A stretch of DNA of 64,000 nt from Eledone cirrhosa (GCA_964016885.1 OZ024742.1:61566001-61630000); one strand, 5' to 3'; shown: positions 1-13,276, counted from the stretch's first letter. Notes: generated from the sequence alone by a model not told the origin. Numbers and translations are program-made.

Positions 1-1990
1 GCAACATTCCATCTCAGAATTCCCGCACTGTACCTAATAATAGACACAGCTCGGGAATTTACTGCACTTATGGCATTCCTACTGTTCAGATGTGACTTTA
101 ATACGCTCCTTACTCTCCGAATGTATTCAGTTCTTATCAATTCCTTCATTTTTTTGTTCTTGATGTCATCAGCCTCCAGAACACCCAAATACTTGTATCC
201 TTCTTCAGTGTCAATTTCCTTTATCATCTCACCTGTTGGTACCTCGATTCCGTTACTTCTGCTCAATTTACTCCTCTTCATCACAAGGACTCCACACTTA
301 CTAATACCAAATTGCATACATATATCATTGCTGAAAATACGGACAGTGTCAACAAGCACATCCAACTCCTTCTCACTCTTCCCGAAGAGCTTAAGATCGT
401 CCATGAAGAGGAGGTGATTGATGGTAAGCCCTCCCTTTCCCAACCTGTATCCTGCTCTCACTTTTCGCAGTATACTGGTCAGGGGCATCAGGGCAAGGAC
501 AAACAACAGACGGGACAGACTATCTCCCTGGAAGATACCTCTCTTGATCTTCACGCTTCCCAAGGATTCTCCAGCTGATGTTAACTCTGTTTCCCAGGAC
601 TTCATACTTTTGCCCAACAACTGTCTAATGTTATCTGCCACCCTGAAGATCTCCAGGCTTTTGGTGATCCAAGAATGAGGCACCATGTCAAATGCCTTTT
701 TGTAGTCTATCCATCCCATGGCAAGACCAGTGTGTCTCCTCTTGCAATTCCTCATTACCATCTTATCAATAAGTAACTGGTCCTTTGTACCACGGGACTT
801 CTTTCGGCATCCTTTCTGTTTGTCCGGTAACAAGTTGTTTGTGTGGAGGTGATGGTAGATTTCCTCAGACATAATGCTTGTCAACAGTTTCCACATTACG
901 GACAGACATGTGATAGGTCTATAGTTGGTAACATCATTACCCTTGATTCGGTCTTTCATGATCAGAACTGTGGTACCTTTTGTCCACCACTCTGGTCCCT
1001 CACCTGACATCAAGCAGTCATTGAACATGGTTGTCAGTTTCGGGTGGAGGGATGTTATATTTTTAATCCAATACCCCTGCACACCATCTGGGCCTGATGA
1101 TTTCCAGTTGGTTAGTTTTTTGGCCTGCCCCTTAAGAGTTTCAACTGTGATACTCAAATCAGTTTGTTGGTGTGCCTGTTCACTAATCTCCTTCTGTACT
1201 GTCTCAATCCACACTGCCTGGTCATTATGTTTAACATCCTGCTCCCATATTCCTCTCCAGAATGTTTTAGTTTGTTCCGCCTCAGGGATCAAGTCGTTGC
1301 CTCTTTCTTTCCCTTCAAGCTGTCCAAACAGCATCTTCTGGTTGTTGTCAAACATGTGGTTCTGTCTATACTGACTGACTCTGTTCTTGTATCGCCTGAT
1401 TTTTGCACTCTTTGCTACAATGCGTTGCTTCAGTTCCTCTATGATCATATTTAGCTTTTTCCTCCTAGTTTTGTACTTTATTTCCAGTCTATTTATAGTG
1501 TCTATGTTTTGTAGTGTCCCATTCAGTAGGGACTCAAGCTTTCCAATGTCATTTCTCATTTCCCTGATTTGACCACTCAGTCGTTTCTTCCACCAAGGCT
1601 CTGATCTTTCTTGTTTGTTGTTTCCTCTCGCTTTTATACCAAGTAATTTCCTCACCGCATTTGCTGTTGCTTTGAGGATATTGTTGCACTGGTGAAGGCT
1701 CCTCGCCTCAAGGTATGGGATGACTTTGTTTACCTTAGCTGTTGTTTCTTTTAACTTTTTTCTGTCTACAAATCTTATGTTCATAGGTTTCCCACTATCA
1801 TTGTTCAATTCATCTACCACTAAGTTTAGGATATCAACCAAATCTTGTCCTAGCCCGTCAGCATTCATCTCCTCAGTGGCCGTATCTCTGTTCCAGGTAT
1901 TATTTATTTCAGCTTTCAGATCATTGTCTGCTCCGGATGGTTCCTCCGTTCTCTCGACCTCTTCACCTTCATTTCCCTCTGGCTCGTGGC
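1..1990 (-). mobile_element. R4/Dong-like non-LTR retrotransposon, 5'-truncated RT region (runs off the window start; has stops/frameshifts)
   Basis: Minus strand encodes RT motifs GWIDYKKAFDMVPHSWI (~670-720), RGIFQGDSLS (~515-545) and LFMDDLK (~390-410). Begins directly after the (TAA)n tract at 1991-2040. Confidence 0.8.
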
Positions 1991-2028
<38 letters not shown>

Positions 2029-2040
2029 GTTATTGTTATT
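1991..2040. repeat. (TTA)n microsatellite, LINE target/tail
   Basis: Direct reading; separates two Dong-like fragments. Confidence 0.95.
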
Positions 2041-2513
2041 CCTTGAATCTCAGTCATTGATGTTGGTTAACTGGAAAGTCCGTTGGATTGAATATCAAGC
2101 CACTACCTGCAGCCTCAGATATTCAGGACGTATCGGAGGGTTCTTGCCGTTCCAAGCAAGCATGCCTTTTGAAGCGTTCCAAAAAGCGTGAAGGGGCCGA
2201 TTTTCTTTAACCATCCCTGGAAACCTTTGGAGATAGTCCCCAGTGCGCCTATGACAATCGGGATCACTTTGACTTCATGGCAGTTCCAAATCCTTTTCAC
2301 CTCCCACTTTAGGTCCTGGTATCGGTTAATTTTCTCCCTCTCCTTCTCTTGCACTCTCGTGTCGAACGGGCAGGCCACATCCACAATCAGGCACGATCTT
2401 TTTTCTTTGTCCACAACCACCAGGTCAGGTCTATTGTGTTCCAGTTTTTTGTCCGTCTGTATCCTAAAATCCCACAGCACCTTCACCTGACTGTTCTCCA
2501 TCACCGCCTCTGG

Positions 2514-2514
<1 letters not shown>
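2041..2514 (-). mobile_element. R4/Dong-like LINE 3' end with restriction-like endonuclease domain (ORF 2115-2504), 5'-truncated
   Basis: WDF..QTD...HNRPDL...IVDVACP...EK..RYQDL...VIPIVIGALG is the typical REL C-terminus. Short 3'UTR; (TAA)n on both sides. Confidence 0.85.

Positions 2515-2555
<41 letters not shown>
2515..2555. repeat. (TTA)n microsatellite, LINE target
   Basis: Direct reading; lies between the Dong fragment and the Tx1 5' end. Confidence 0.95.
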
Positions 2556-2763
2556 GGCGACCTACGTAGTAAATCGTATCATCGTGAGCTCCGCAAAGGT
2601 TTGTTATTTCCGTTTGTTAAAAATTGCCATTTATGGAAAATTTTATTGTTAACTGTTTATAAGCACACATACATTGTTTTCCGAAAAGGACACCCAAAAA
2701 GATTGGGGCCTTGTGCCCAAAATTTTAACTTTTATTATTATCAAAACATTTCTTTGAAAAAAA

Positions 2764-4718
2764 ATGGCTACTTCACCTCTGCACGAAGCAGCTGAAAGCC
2801 TTCCTCACAAAATAACACCTCACACCGACACCACCATTGTAAATGTTACTACGTTCGCCAACACAAAAAAAATATAAGCAGTAGCAATATTTTAAATTTG
2901 TCTCAGGCAGACATTCATTTCCCGCCATTACCAATGACTGCAGGTGTTAAAGCCTCCACCACCACCACCGCGACAACCACCACCACCACCACCACCGCGA
3001 CAACAGAAACAAAAGAAGAAAAAAATAAATTAACTCGTGATGTCGAAATGAAATCAAGCAAAATGGACTCTTCCCCACCAAAGACGACTGACGTCACCAC
3101 CACCACAACTGAAACTAAAATTAATATTAACGATAGCAACAACAACAATAATGACATTATAAAACCCCCTCTTAGTTTCGCCAGAGTAGCAAAACAATTC
3201 GAAGCATTTATGGTAACTCAGGAAGATTTAGAAAATGCCAAACAAATGGTAAAGAAAGATGGGTACAGGGTCAGTCTCACGCCCCCACCTAATAAAATGG
3301 AGCATCGGCGCCTATGCACCGTGTCGTATAGAACAATAAATGTAAAATCGCGTCGAGTGGAACGGGCATCCGAGTCCCAAATCCAAAAAGCTTTGGGACA
3401 TGTGTGGGCAAGAAAAACCCACATCAGACGTGGGCAAAAGTATGGAACCGTGGATGTGTTCTTTGAAACACCAGAGGAGGCTAGAGAACACTCCATGGCC
3501 CCATTAAAAAGTGACGACTTCACACTCGTCCCAAGCTATTGTGGCCAGAGACTCGTAAAGATCAGGGTGACCCACGTTCCACCGGCCATCGAAATTCCCT
3601 GGCTAATAGCGGCTGTCCTCGCCGGCATCGAAGCCAACACGAAAATAATAGCAATAGCAAAAGAAAAGCAGGAAAACTGGTCCGGATCTGGGATGGAGCT
3701 CCTAATCCAAGCGGACCAAAAAAGCATTGAGGAGATCCCAGAGGTAATAGACCTCAGTGACGGCAGCCACCTCACGGTAATTGTCGAGGGCAGAAGACCT
3801 AGGTGTGTCGTTTGTGGTGAAGGAACCCACCTAAGGGCTTTCTGCCCTCAGGCTAAAAGGTTGAGGCCACCTCTCCTACCCACCCCAGTGACACAACCAT
3901 CAACACCACCAGTAGCAGAGATGGCAACAACAACTGTAGCAGCAACAACAGAAGCAACTATAACAGCAACAACCCCAGCAACAGTAGCAGAACTAACACC
4001 ACCACCACCCAACGCTTCAGAACTAGCACCAGCGCCTACACCATCCACCACACCACAACCAAAACTAACGGCTGTGGAGGATTTTCCACTCCCCGGCCTA
4101 TCACAACTGGAGACAGATTGTGACGACGAGGAGTGGGTAACGATATCCGGAAAAAAAAAAAAAAACCAAAAAAGAAAAAATTCTCTTCCTTCCCCCTCCA
4201 AAAACAAAATACAGAGGGAAGCAAATAAACTAAGAAACAAAAAAGTTAGGACAGATATGCCACCATCCACACCAGCATCACCAACACCATCAACCCAAAC
4301 ACCAACACCATCACCATCATTATCCCCAGCACCACCATCACCTACACCACAAAAGTCACCAAAATGCGAAACAGAAACAAACCCACAACAAACGCAAACA
4401 AAACAAAACAACCAAAACGATACACACTACACAGCATTAAATTTGAACAACAAGCAATTATTACACTACATCCAACACAACACCAGCATCACAGAAAAAG
4501 ACTACACAACAACCCCAAAATTCACACCACCTCCACACACACAAATCACTCGCATCACACAGAAAACGTACATGACACTAAAACAAAAATTTCCCAAAGA
4601 CATCGGAGACTTCCGACAAGCACTCTCCAGGAGGATTTATAAGGACATCCTTCCTGAGGAGGCCACAAGCAGTGAAAAGGATGGAAAAGCCGTCCTTCCC
4701 CTACGAGAAGTAAGGTAA
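2764..4718 (+). CDS. LINE ORF1 (RNA-binding, CCHC zinc knuckle, Thr/Pro-rich). Open frame 2898-4718; probable true ATG at 2764 with a 1-nt indel in the A-run near 2870
   Basis: CVVCGEGTHLRAFC = CX2CX4HX4C. Adding one A to the homopolymer joins ATG 2764 in frame. Confidence 0.8.
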
Positions 4719-4752
4719 GTGGTCTTTCCCATCTTTTCCACTCCTTTTCAAC

Positions 4753-7700
4753 ATGACCTCACTCAGAATAGGCAGCATAAATGCGCGTGGCTTGGGGTCG
4801 TCATGGAAGCAGGGCCACCTGCTCAACGACCTCAGGTCACTAAACATAGATGTAGTGGCCATCAGCGAGACCAGAATCTCCGAAGGACAGGCTTTCGCAC
4901 CGATCTTCCGCGGCTACGATGTGTACGCATCCCCCAGCCGTCCGGGATCGGGGGGAGGAGTTGCTGTGCTTTTTCGGAGAGGTTTGGATCTTGCCATACG
5001 GGCCATCTTCCTGGACCCAGAAGGTAAGTTGGTGGTGCTGGACGTGACCAGCGGAGACGGGCAAGCTTTCAGGTTAGTGGCCGTCTATGCCCCGACAGGA
5101 GCAGGGCGGCCTGATTTCTTCCGGCGTTGGAGACCTTCTTGGAACGTCCCGCTCTTTAGTGTTAGTGGGCTACTGGAACGGGATCTTAGATGCACGCTGG
5201 GATTGTGTGGGATTAGTGGATAGGGAAGGAGGGTGCAAGAGTCTCACCAACCTGCTCAGACGTTTTGAACTGTCTGACAGGTACCGAATGGATTTCCCGA
5301 ATGTACCAATGTGGACTTGGACAAATCGCATAGGGTCATCCAGATCATATCTAGATAGAGTATTTTGTAGGGAAATAGATAGGTCTAGCATAGGCTGTCC
5401 ACAATTCAAGATAGTCAGCTACACGGACCACAAATTCATGATCTGTGTGCTTGACTTAGATAGGCTTCATAGACGAGGACCCGGCTACTGGAAGCTAAAC
5501 GCGTCCTTACCAGCGCGCAAGGCCTACAGAGACCGGATTAGCGAACTAGTTAAGCGGGCGTTGACGGGGGCCATCGTCAACAACAAGTGGTGGTTTGCTC
5601 TGAAAAGAGCAATTAGAATAGAGTCCATTAGGTTTAGTAAGACTTTAGCTATAGAGAAAAATAGAGCAGAGGGAGAATTAGTTAGAAAATTAGATGAGGC
5701 GCTTAGCAAAGGCATCGAGACCGACGTACTTGCGGCGAAATTGGCCCTTGACCAATTCTTCAATGCAAAGCACGAAGGCTGCGTTGTCAGAGCTAGGGTG
5801 CGTGCTCTCAGACACGAGGGGACGAAAGCCGTTCAATGGGCCCGAGTGGCGGAGGCGCGTCGTGGCAACAAAGCCACGATCCGGTCTTTGGTGGACCACG
5901 ACGGGCGCATGCTACTCGATCCTGGGCAAATGTGTGAAGCTTTTCAGCGACACTTCGCTCAACTGTTCGGGGGCAGTGGCGGGCCGGATCGAGGGATGGA
6001 CTTTAGTGTCTACCTCGACCGACTGCCGCGGCTTTTGGCCACTGAGGCGGAGTGTTGCGAAAAGCCGATAACAACCGCTGAAGTACGGCATGCAATGACT
6101 AGTTGCACAAGGGGTAAATCGCCTGGTTTGGATGGTCTGCCCTATGAACTTTACGTACAAATGCCAAACTTGTTCGGAGGCCTCTTGGCGGACGTCTACT
6201 GCAACTGGCAACAGAACGGGAGAATTCCCAGCTCTGTGAGCCGAGGAGCGGTGGCGCTGCTGAGAAAGGATCCGAACAAGGGGGATAACATAGATAATTT
6301 TAGGCCCATAACTCTGCTAAACACAGAGTTCAAGATTTTGGCCAAGGTGCTAGAAAAGAGGTTGGCGCTTGTCATTGGTGGTCTGGTGGGAGAGGCACAG
6401 ACATGCGCCATTCCCGTCAGATCCATCCACGACAACCTCCACCTCATGCGATACATCGTAGAGAGGGTAGCTAGGGAACCTGGCACAGGTGGGTCTTTGA
6501 TAAATTTAGATCAGTCGAAAGCCTTCGATAGGGTCGACCATCGTTACCTAACGGCAGTCCTGAGGGCGGCTGGCTTTGGGCCCGTCTTCAGAGGCTGGAT
6601 TGCTGCCATGCACAGCGACATCTGCTCTGTAGTGAGAGTGAACGCTCACCTTTCGGAACCGTTCAACATCATGCGCTCGGTCCGCCAAGGATGCCCCCTC
6701 TCGTCCCTATTGTACGTATTGACTCTCGAGCCATTACTGCACAAACTGGAGACGTTGAGGGGGGTCCCGCGCGAACTAGGATGCGGAAGATCCGTGTCAG
6801 CATATGCCGACGATGTCACCGTAGTGGTGTCGAACGCCAAACACATCGAGGCGATCGGCACTACACTAAGAGAATACGAAGCGGTGACAGGAGCAATGAT
6901 CAACCAGGAAAAGTCAGTGGGCCTGCAGCTCGGCACCTGGAGAGGCAGGTCCATGCCGTCCAACAGCGTCGTCGGGCGCTGGACGGACGGTCCGGTTAAA
7001 TTGCTAGGGGTCTGGTTCGGTCCAGACCTCCAGACGGACAAAAACTGGGACGAGGTGACGAGCAGGGTGGCTTCTCTCACCCAGAAATGGGCCGAGAGGA
7101 AGCTATCCCTGAAAGGTCGAGCGGAGGTGGCTAACGCGTACATCGCGTCTGACATCTACTACCGCCTGACCGTCGTACCTTGTCCTAAGCCCCTCCTGAC
7201 TGCGCTGGAGCGTTTGCTCTTTCGCTTCTTGTGGAAGGGACGCGCTCCGATGGTCAGGCGGTCCATCTGCTGTCAACACCCGCTACGTGGAGGGCTGGGC
7301 ATGCCGTGGCTGATGATGCGCAGACACGCGCTCAGGCTACGACATCTCCACCTCTTCCTCGACGGTGATCAGGTGTGGTCGCCGTTTGCAAGACACGTTT
7401 TTCCCCAGCTCGTCTCCTTGACGGAGCTGCAGTCCTGGGTCAAGCGAAGACCGAGAGGGAGCGCTTGGAGACTGGAATGTCTTCAGGCGCTCACAGCCCT
7501 CGACCAATCGGGTAATGTGATCGGTGGAAACTCCACCTTGGCGTTCTATAGGGGATTAGTGGAGGGGAAGAGCGACGACGTACTTGGAGAAACTCTAGGC
7601 GTCGACGAAAATCAACTAGCCAATCTCTTCGAAAGGACTTTCGGGCCGGGGCCTATGGACAACTTCCAGAAATCCCTGGCCTGGCAGTGCTACCGAGGAG

Positions 7701-8147
7701 CTTTGCCAGTTCGGGATAAACTCTACAGGCATGGAGGTCCCGGCGCAGGGCGACGAAACCGTCCTGCACGCACTCGTCCAGTGTCCGAGCATTTCTGACT
7801 TGTGGGTTTATGTCGAACACCTGCTGTCACGTGTAGGACGGATCCAGCTATCAGCTGAGTCCATCGTGAGGATTGCCCCGCCCCCTTCCTTTAGCCTGGA
7901 AGGGCAGGCAGTTTTTATCTGTCTGGTGGCCATGGCGAAAGAGATAGTATGGTGGACACGTTTGAAAGGGCTGAAGACGAGCACTTACCTCTTCGGTGAT
8001 GCCCTGATTAACTTTTTCAAATTTCATTTGAAAAGGAAAGTCAGGGTAAGGAGGGAAGTGCTCTCTTCCCAGCATTTTGTTGAAAGATGGGTGAGAGAAG
8101 CAAGTAAGGCCCGAATGAATGGGCCTTCTCTGAGTATGTGTCTGTAA
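4753..8147 (+). pseudogene. LINE ORF2: AP endonuclease + reverse transcriptase + C-terminal domain; frameshifts near 5127 and 7735
   Basis: SINARGL, ISETR, YLDRVF, TDHK, PGYWKLN, KSPGLDGL, FRPITLLN, DQSKAFDRV, VRQGCPLS, AYADD and ETVLHALVQC motifs. The copy at 62881 shows a C is missing near 5127. Confidence 0.9.
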
Positions 8148-8390
8148 ATTAAAGGTGGAAAACTGGGAGAGGGCACTTGCCCTGGTGGTCAGGGCCACTG
8201 TGGTCTTTTAATGGGCTTTCTCCACAAATGTCCCTTGGAAGTCTCCCCCCTATTGGGGAATTTTTCTTTGTTATTTTATTTCAACCTCTGTTTTTTTTAC
8301 ACGCAGAAATGCCCATTTGTACCGTCCTGTATTGTCCTGTACTGTCCTTAATGTCTACTTTATGTGAACCCTTGTGGTTAATAAAGAAAA

Positions 8391-8441
<51 letters not shown>

Positions 8442-8590
8442 GTGTACTATATACATGTATACATACATACATAAATGCATATGTGTATATGTACACATAT
8501 GCATTTTAGGCCATTTTCTGCGCTAAAGCTATTCGGAGCCCCACAAAATAGGTTTATCTTTGAAGCAGTTGTATATAGATAGATAGATAC

Positions 8591-8624
<34 letters not shown>

Positions 8625-9394
8625 CAGGTGTCGTGGGTCCTACAAGGCTAACCCTTGTTTTATCAAGGGAAATGTTCTTAAAACGTTTGTTGTTTATGTT
8701 CTTTTACTTTAATAATCAATCAAACTTTGTGTGCTTCTAAGTATCATTTCTAGACCTACTGAGATTACATTTCTAATAACTCAATTTTTTTTTCAGTCCC
8801 ATCTTACTTCTGTGTGTGGTAGTCATAACATGCTTATCAATATCAACTTTGAAATAATGTTGGCTTCAGAATGCGGTGAGTTCTGTGTTCTTATTTTCCT
8901 AAGAAATATGTTAACTTCACTTAACTTCCCATTGATTATATTCAAGCTGTGTTTTGTTACTAGGGTGACCTAAAAACAACCTATTTCTGGAATTCCATTT
9001 ATTTTTGTTTGTTTGTTTTTTGTTTTCTTTTTGTATTTTTTTGGTTTGGTTTCTTATTTGCTTTTTCATATCTGCATGTTTTGTCATATATATTTTATCT
9101 TCTCTAAAATTCTTATATAGTAGGGCGTGGGATCTAGTATTACAGGTGTCCGACTCATGAACATATGATTGTTGGTTCAATTTCCTAGACCGGACTGCAC
9201 ATTGTGTTTTTCAGTAAGACGCTTCATTTCACGTTGCTCCAGCCCAGTCAACTGGAAAATAAATAGTACTAACAGCAGCAGCTCTGGAGTTAGCACTTGC
9301 AACGCGTTGGCATCTGGTACGGGGGGGGGGGTTCAGGGTCCCTTATCCTTAAAACACCCAGGAAGCCTCATATGGAATGTATCTTAATTGAAGA

Positions 9395-9865
9395 CTAGCT
9401 AAATCTGCATATGTGTGAGTTGTAACAGCAATAATATAATGACTGAAAAACCCTATCATTAAAACAACCTCATACCAGTTTTAGCCTTATTGGATGCCAG
9501 CTAAATCTATATATTTGTGAGATATAACAGCAACGGCATAAAGAATCTTCATATAAGATATAACTTCACAAGAAGCCATCTAAACCAAAATATGTGTGAG
9601 TTTTAACTCCAAAAATGGGATATGACAGTGACTCCTATAAGTAAAGCACGCAAGAAGCCCCTTATAAAATACAATCCCGCAGGAGGCTAGCTAAACCTAG
9701 CAAAAAACATATGAAACACAAGAAACCCTATAGGTCAGCAACACCTATATGATATGACAAGAAACCCTATAATTAAAACACACAATAAATCTCCTATGAG
9801 ATACAATCTCTCAAGAAGCTAGTTACACTTACATATGTGTGAGTTTCACAGCAACAAATATACTA
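9395..9865. repeat. Degenerate tandem repeat (recurring GCTAAATCT..ATATGTGTGAGTT..AACAGCAA motif)
   Basis: Motif recurs near 9398, 9499, 9578 and 9818. Confidence 0.5.
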
Positions 9866-10280
9866 GTTGCAGGATGCTATTTCAATTCTGTAATTTCAGT
9901 GTTATATCTAACTTGATGTTGCACTGTTACAGAATTTGCTTTTTCATTTCTGCATGGATAATATTATCCATTTCATCTTCTCGTAAATACTTGTATGCGT
10001 ACTTTTGTGGTTCTGTGGTTCTGTATTAATTCTCTAATTCCAGTGTCTATATCTAACTTAATGTTACCAGTTTTATAATTAAATTGTTTCTCACTGGAGA
10101 AGCAATTCTATAGTTATGTAATCCCAAACTCATTGTGATTTCACGACTGAATTAATATCGTGGTTATTTGATCTGTTGTTTATCTATAGTAACCATCCAT
10201 AGCAATACGCCATGAGTATTTGTATACAAACACATACATACACACACACGCACGCACACACGCACACACACACACACACG

Positions 10281-10393
<113 letters not shown>

Positions 10394-10404
10394 TTATATA
10401 TATG

Positions 10405-10812
10405 CAGAGGTTATATTTAATTTGTTGGGATTCAACAAGCTTAAAAATGTTATAACTGATATAAAGCACTCAACAGTTTAGTGGAGTAAATATTCAACAT
10501 ATTAATAAATGAAAACTATATTTATAAAACCATAATTATTTTATTATATATATTTCAAGGGCAACCAAGGCAAATTATGATGCGCTTTCATCAGATAAAA
10601 TACAGATTTGTTTATAAATAAATATTGACACACCCGGAAAAAAGACAACCTTAATGGTTGTCTTTTTTCCGGGTGTGTCAATATTTATTTATAAACAAAT
10701 CTGTATTTTATCTGATGAAAGCGCATCATAATTTGCCTTGGTTGCCCTTGAAATATATATAATAAAATAATTATGGTTTTATAAATATAGTTTCCATTTA
10801 TTAATATATTGT
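10405..10812. mobile_element. Fold-back PLE-like mini-element, ~155-bp arms with a 5-nt loop (10651-10655), between (TA)n tracts
   Basis: Near-perfect inverted repeat with a hammerhead in each arm. Confidence 0.8.
10704..10769 (+). ncRNA. Type I hammerhead ribozyme (mirror copy on minus strand 10537-10602)
   Basis: tattttat-CTGATGA-aag..ctt-GAAA-t(atat)a-TA-ataaaata: 8-bp stem I and a palindromic minimal stem III. Confidence 0.75.
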
Positions 10813-10832
10813 ATATTTATATATATATATAT

Positions 10833-12568
10833 TTATTGGTTGTAACTTCTCTGTTTTTTAGCCTAAGAAAATATATATATGCCTATGTATATAATTACAT
10901 GCATACATTTATTTTTTCTAATTAATTTAGTTCTTTACACGAGGAATTGATATTAGTTTTGAAATAACTAATTAACCCGCGTGTGTTTTATATTTTACTC
11001 TTAATTCGGCCGGAGATTTACATTCCCATTTGCCCTTTAAAGCATAACTTTCCGTATTTACTACGGTTACGAGATGCGGTTTCTTATTCAGGTACAACCT
11101 CTGTTTTTAGCCTAAGAAAATATCTATATGCGTGTGTAATTTATACACGCATATATTTATTTTTTTTAATTTCAATTGAGTTCTTAACACGTTGGATTGA
11201 TAATGTTTTCGAAAAAACTGATTAACCCGCGTGTATATTATTTTTTTTCCTCCTTTCGTGGATCGTAGTTGTCTCCCCTTCCCGCTTAGTGACGTTATAA
11301 TACTTCCTCAGTCAAAAACTGCTGGAATTTCAAATTTGCCGGTCATTCGATGCGGGAAGGAGCAACTTAACGGACACGATTTTTAATTGTGGTAAGAAAT
11401 GTTTTTCTTATATCTCATAAAATAATACAACTGGCTTTTCCACATAATACATATTGTTAGCACCCCAAACACTTAAATTGGGTTTATATTAAAATATAAC
11501 CTAATGTTTGTTGAGCGAGATGGTTACAAGTCAGAGATTAGCTTTAAACTATCTCTGTTATTGTATTAATATTTTACTCTTGATTGGCCAGAGGTGTTTA
11601 TTTCCAGGCACATTATAAATTTGACTTTCCGTATTTATTACTGTTGTGCGATATTGTGGTTTTTATTGGTTGTAACTTCTCTGTTTTTTAGCCTAAGAAA
11701 ATATATATATGCCTATGTATATAATTACATGCATACATTTATTTTTTCTAATTAATTGAGTTCTTTACAAGAGGAATTGATATTAGTTTTGAAATAACTA
11801 ATTAACCCGCGTGTGTTTTATATTTTACTCTTAATTCGGCCGGAGATTTACATTCCCATTTGCCCTTTAAAGCATAACTTTCCGTATTTACTACGGTTAC
11901 GAGATGCGGTTTCTTATCCAGGTACAACCTCTGTTTTTAGCCTAAGAAAATATCTATATGCGTATGTAATTTATACACGCATATATTTATTTTTTTAATT
12001 TCAATTGAGTTCTTAACACGTTGGATTGATAATGTTTTCGAAAAAACTGATTAACCCGCGTGTATATTATTTTTTTCCTCCTTTCGTGGATCGTAGTTGT
12101 CTCCTCTTCCCGCTTAGTGACGCTATAATATTTCCTCAGTCAAAAACTCCTGGAATTTCAAATTTGCCGGTCATTCGATGCGGGAAGGAGCAACTTAACG
12201 GACACAATTTTTAACTGTGGTAAGAAATGTTTTTCTTATATCAAAGTTTATTGGGCTTCCACTGGTGATTTATAAGCGCCCACCTAAATATATTCTTACA
12301 TGAATGTATATTAGGCTTCTACATAAACTGGAAATATTCTCCGAATTTGTAGAAAACTTATAATGAAACAATTGTTTGGAAAGAGAGATATATTTTAACT
12401 TTAATTATATCTCATAAAATAATACAACTGGCTTTTCCACATAATACATATTGTTAGCACCCCAAACACTTAAATTGGGTTTATATTAAAATATAACCTA
12501 ATGTTTGTTGAGTGAGATGGTTACCAGTCAGAGATTAGCTTTAAACTATCTCTGTTATTGTATTAATT
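10833..12568. repeat. Tandem duplication, unit ~830 bp (second unit has ~170 bp extra), with internal ~250-bp subrepeats; flanked by (TA)n
   Basis: Identical starts at ~10833 and ~11663; duplicated ORF translations at 10983 and 11813. Confidence 0.85.
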
Positions 12569-12570
12569 TA

Positions 12571-12610
<40 letters not shown>

Positions 12611-12665
12611 TCAATATATATATAGATCAATATATATATTTATATATATATACATATATATATGC

Positions 12666-12709
<44 letters not shown>

Positions 12710-12714
12710 TGATA

Positions 12715-12812
12715 TTAGCAAATTAGTAAACCATCCTCGAGGTCGTGCGTTTCAGCGGAGGGAATCTGTTGGGTGAAACGCGCGTCCTCGAGGGTGGGTT
12801 ACTAATTTGTTG
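12715..12812. repeat. Short inverted repeat carrying the 3' half of a hammerhead (GAAAC-GCGC-GTC)
   Basis: ccatcctcgagg..gtttca / tgaaacgcgcgtcctcgagggtgg. Confidence 0.55.
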
Positions 12813-12935
12813 TGGAACTACCTTTATACCAAACTCATCCTATGGACTCAGTGCTCTACTTACTACAGATATAACCTCCATGTGTTTTACCACTATATAT
12901 ATATGTATGTGTATGTGCGTGTGTGTGTCTGTGTG

Positions 12936-12974
<39 letters not shown>

Positions 12975-12977
<3 letters not shown>

Positions 12978-13262
12978 ATGAAAAATAAAAAATAAAAGTT
13001 ACAGGCAAAAGAGGGGAATATCCATCATCAGTTGTCTGCTAGGAATCATAGGTATTTCTTCGGCCTTTTTTTATCCCAATAACTTATTTTAGTTATTGTT
13101 CGACTTAGGCTGAGGTATAAAAAAAAATTGTCTCTAACGCGAAGAAATACCTATGATTCCTAGCAGACAACTGACGATGGATATTCCCCTCTTTCTCCCG
13201 TAACTTTTATTTTTATTTTTCATTATACTTAAGTGCAGCCACACAGCTCGCCATTTTATTTA
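12975..13262 (+). mobile_element. Fold-back copy of the permuted-hammerhead/K-turn element (arms ~12975-13061 and ~13140-13226)
   Basis: Inverted arms. Its 3' tail cacagctcgccatttt matches the end of the 36929 element. Confidence 0.7.
13072..13185 (+). ncRNA. Putative permuted hammerhead-like RNA with kink-turn (copy A)
   Basis: taggc-t-GA-ggta-TA-(A run)-ttgtct...gcgaa-GAAA-tacc-tat-GA-tt-ccta-gc-agacaa-CTGACGA-tggata. Confidence 0.55.
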
Positions 13263-13276
13263 TATACATATTTATG

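Larger units (their letters stand above)
2556..8391 (+). mobile_element. Full-length Tx1/L1-clade LINE inserted in (TTA)n
   Basis: 5'UTR, ORF1, ORF2 (APE-RT-C-terminal domain), and a 3'UTR ending AATAAAGAAAAC followed by (ATT)n at 8392-8440. Confidence 0.9.

Noticed and set aside
70-2046. Plus-strand ORFs over the first 2 kb, and antisense ORFs within the Tx1 copies
   Set aside because: Shadow frames of retroelement coding sequence on the other strand.
11300-11350. SECIS-like AUGA..AAA..UGA on the minus strand
   Set aside because: Helix II is poor, worse in the second copy, and there is no upstream selenoprotein ORF.
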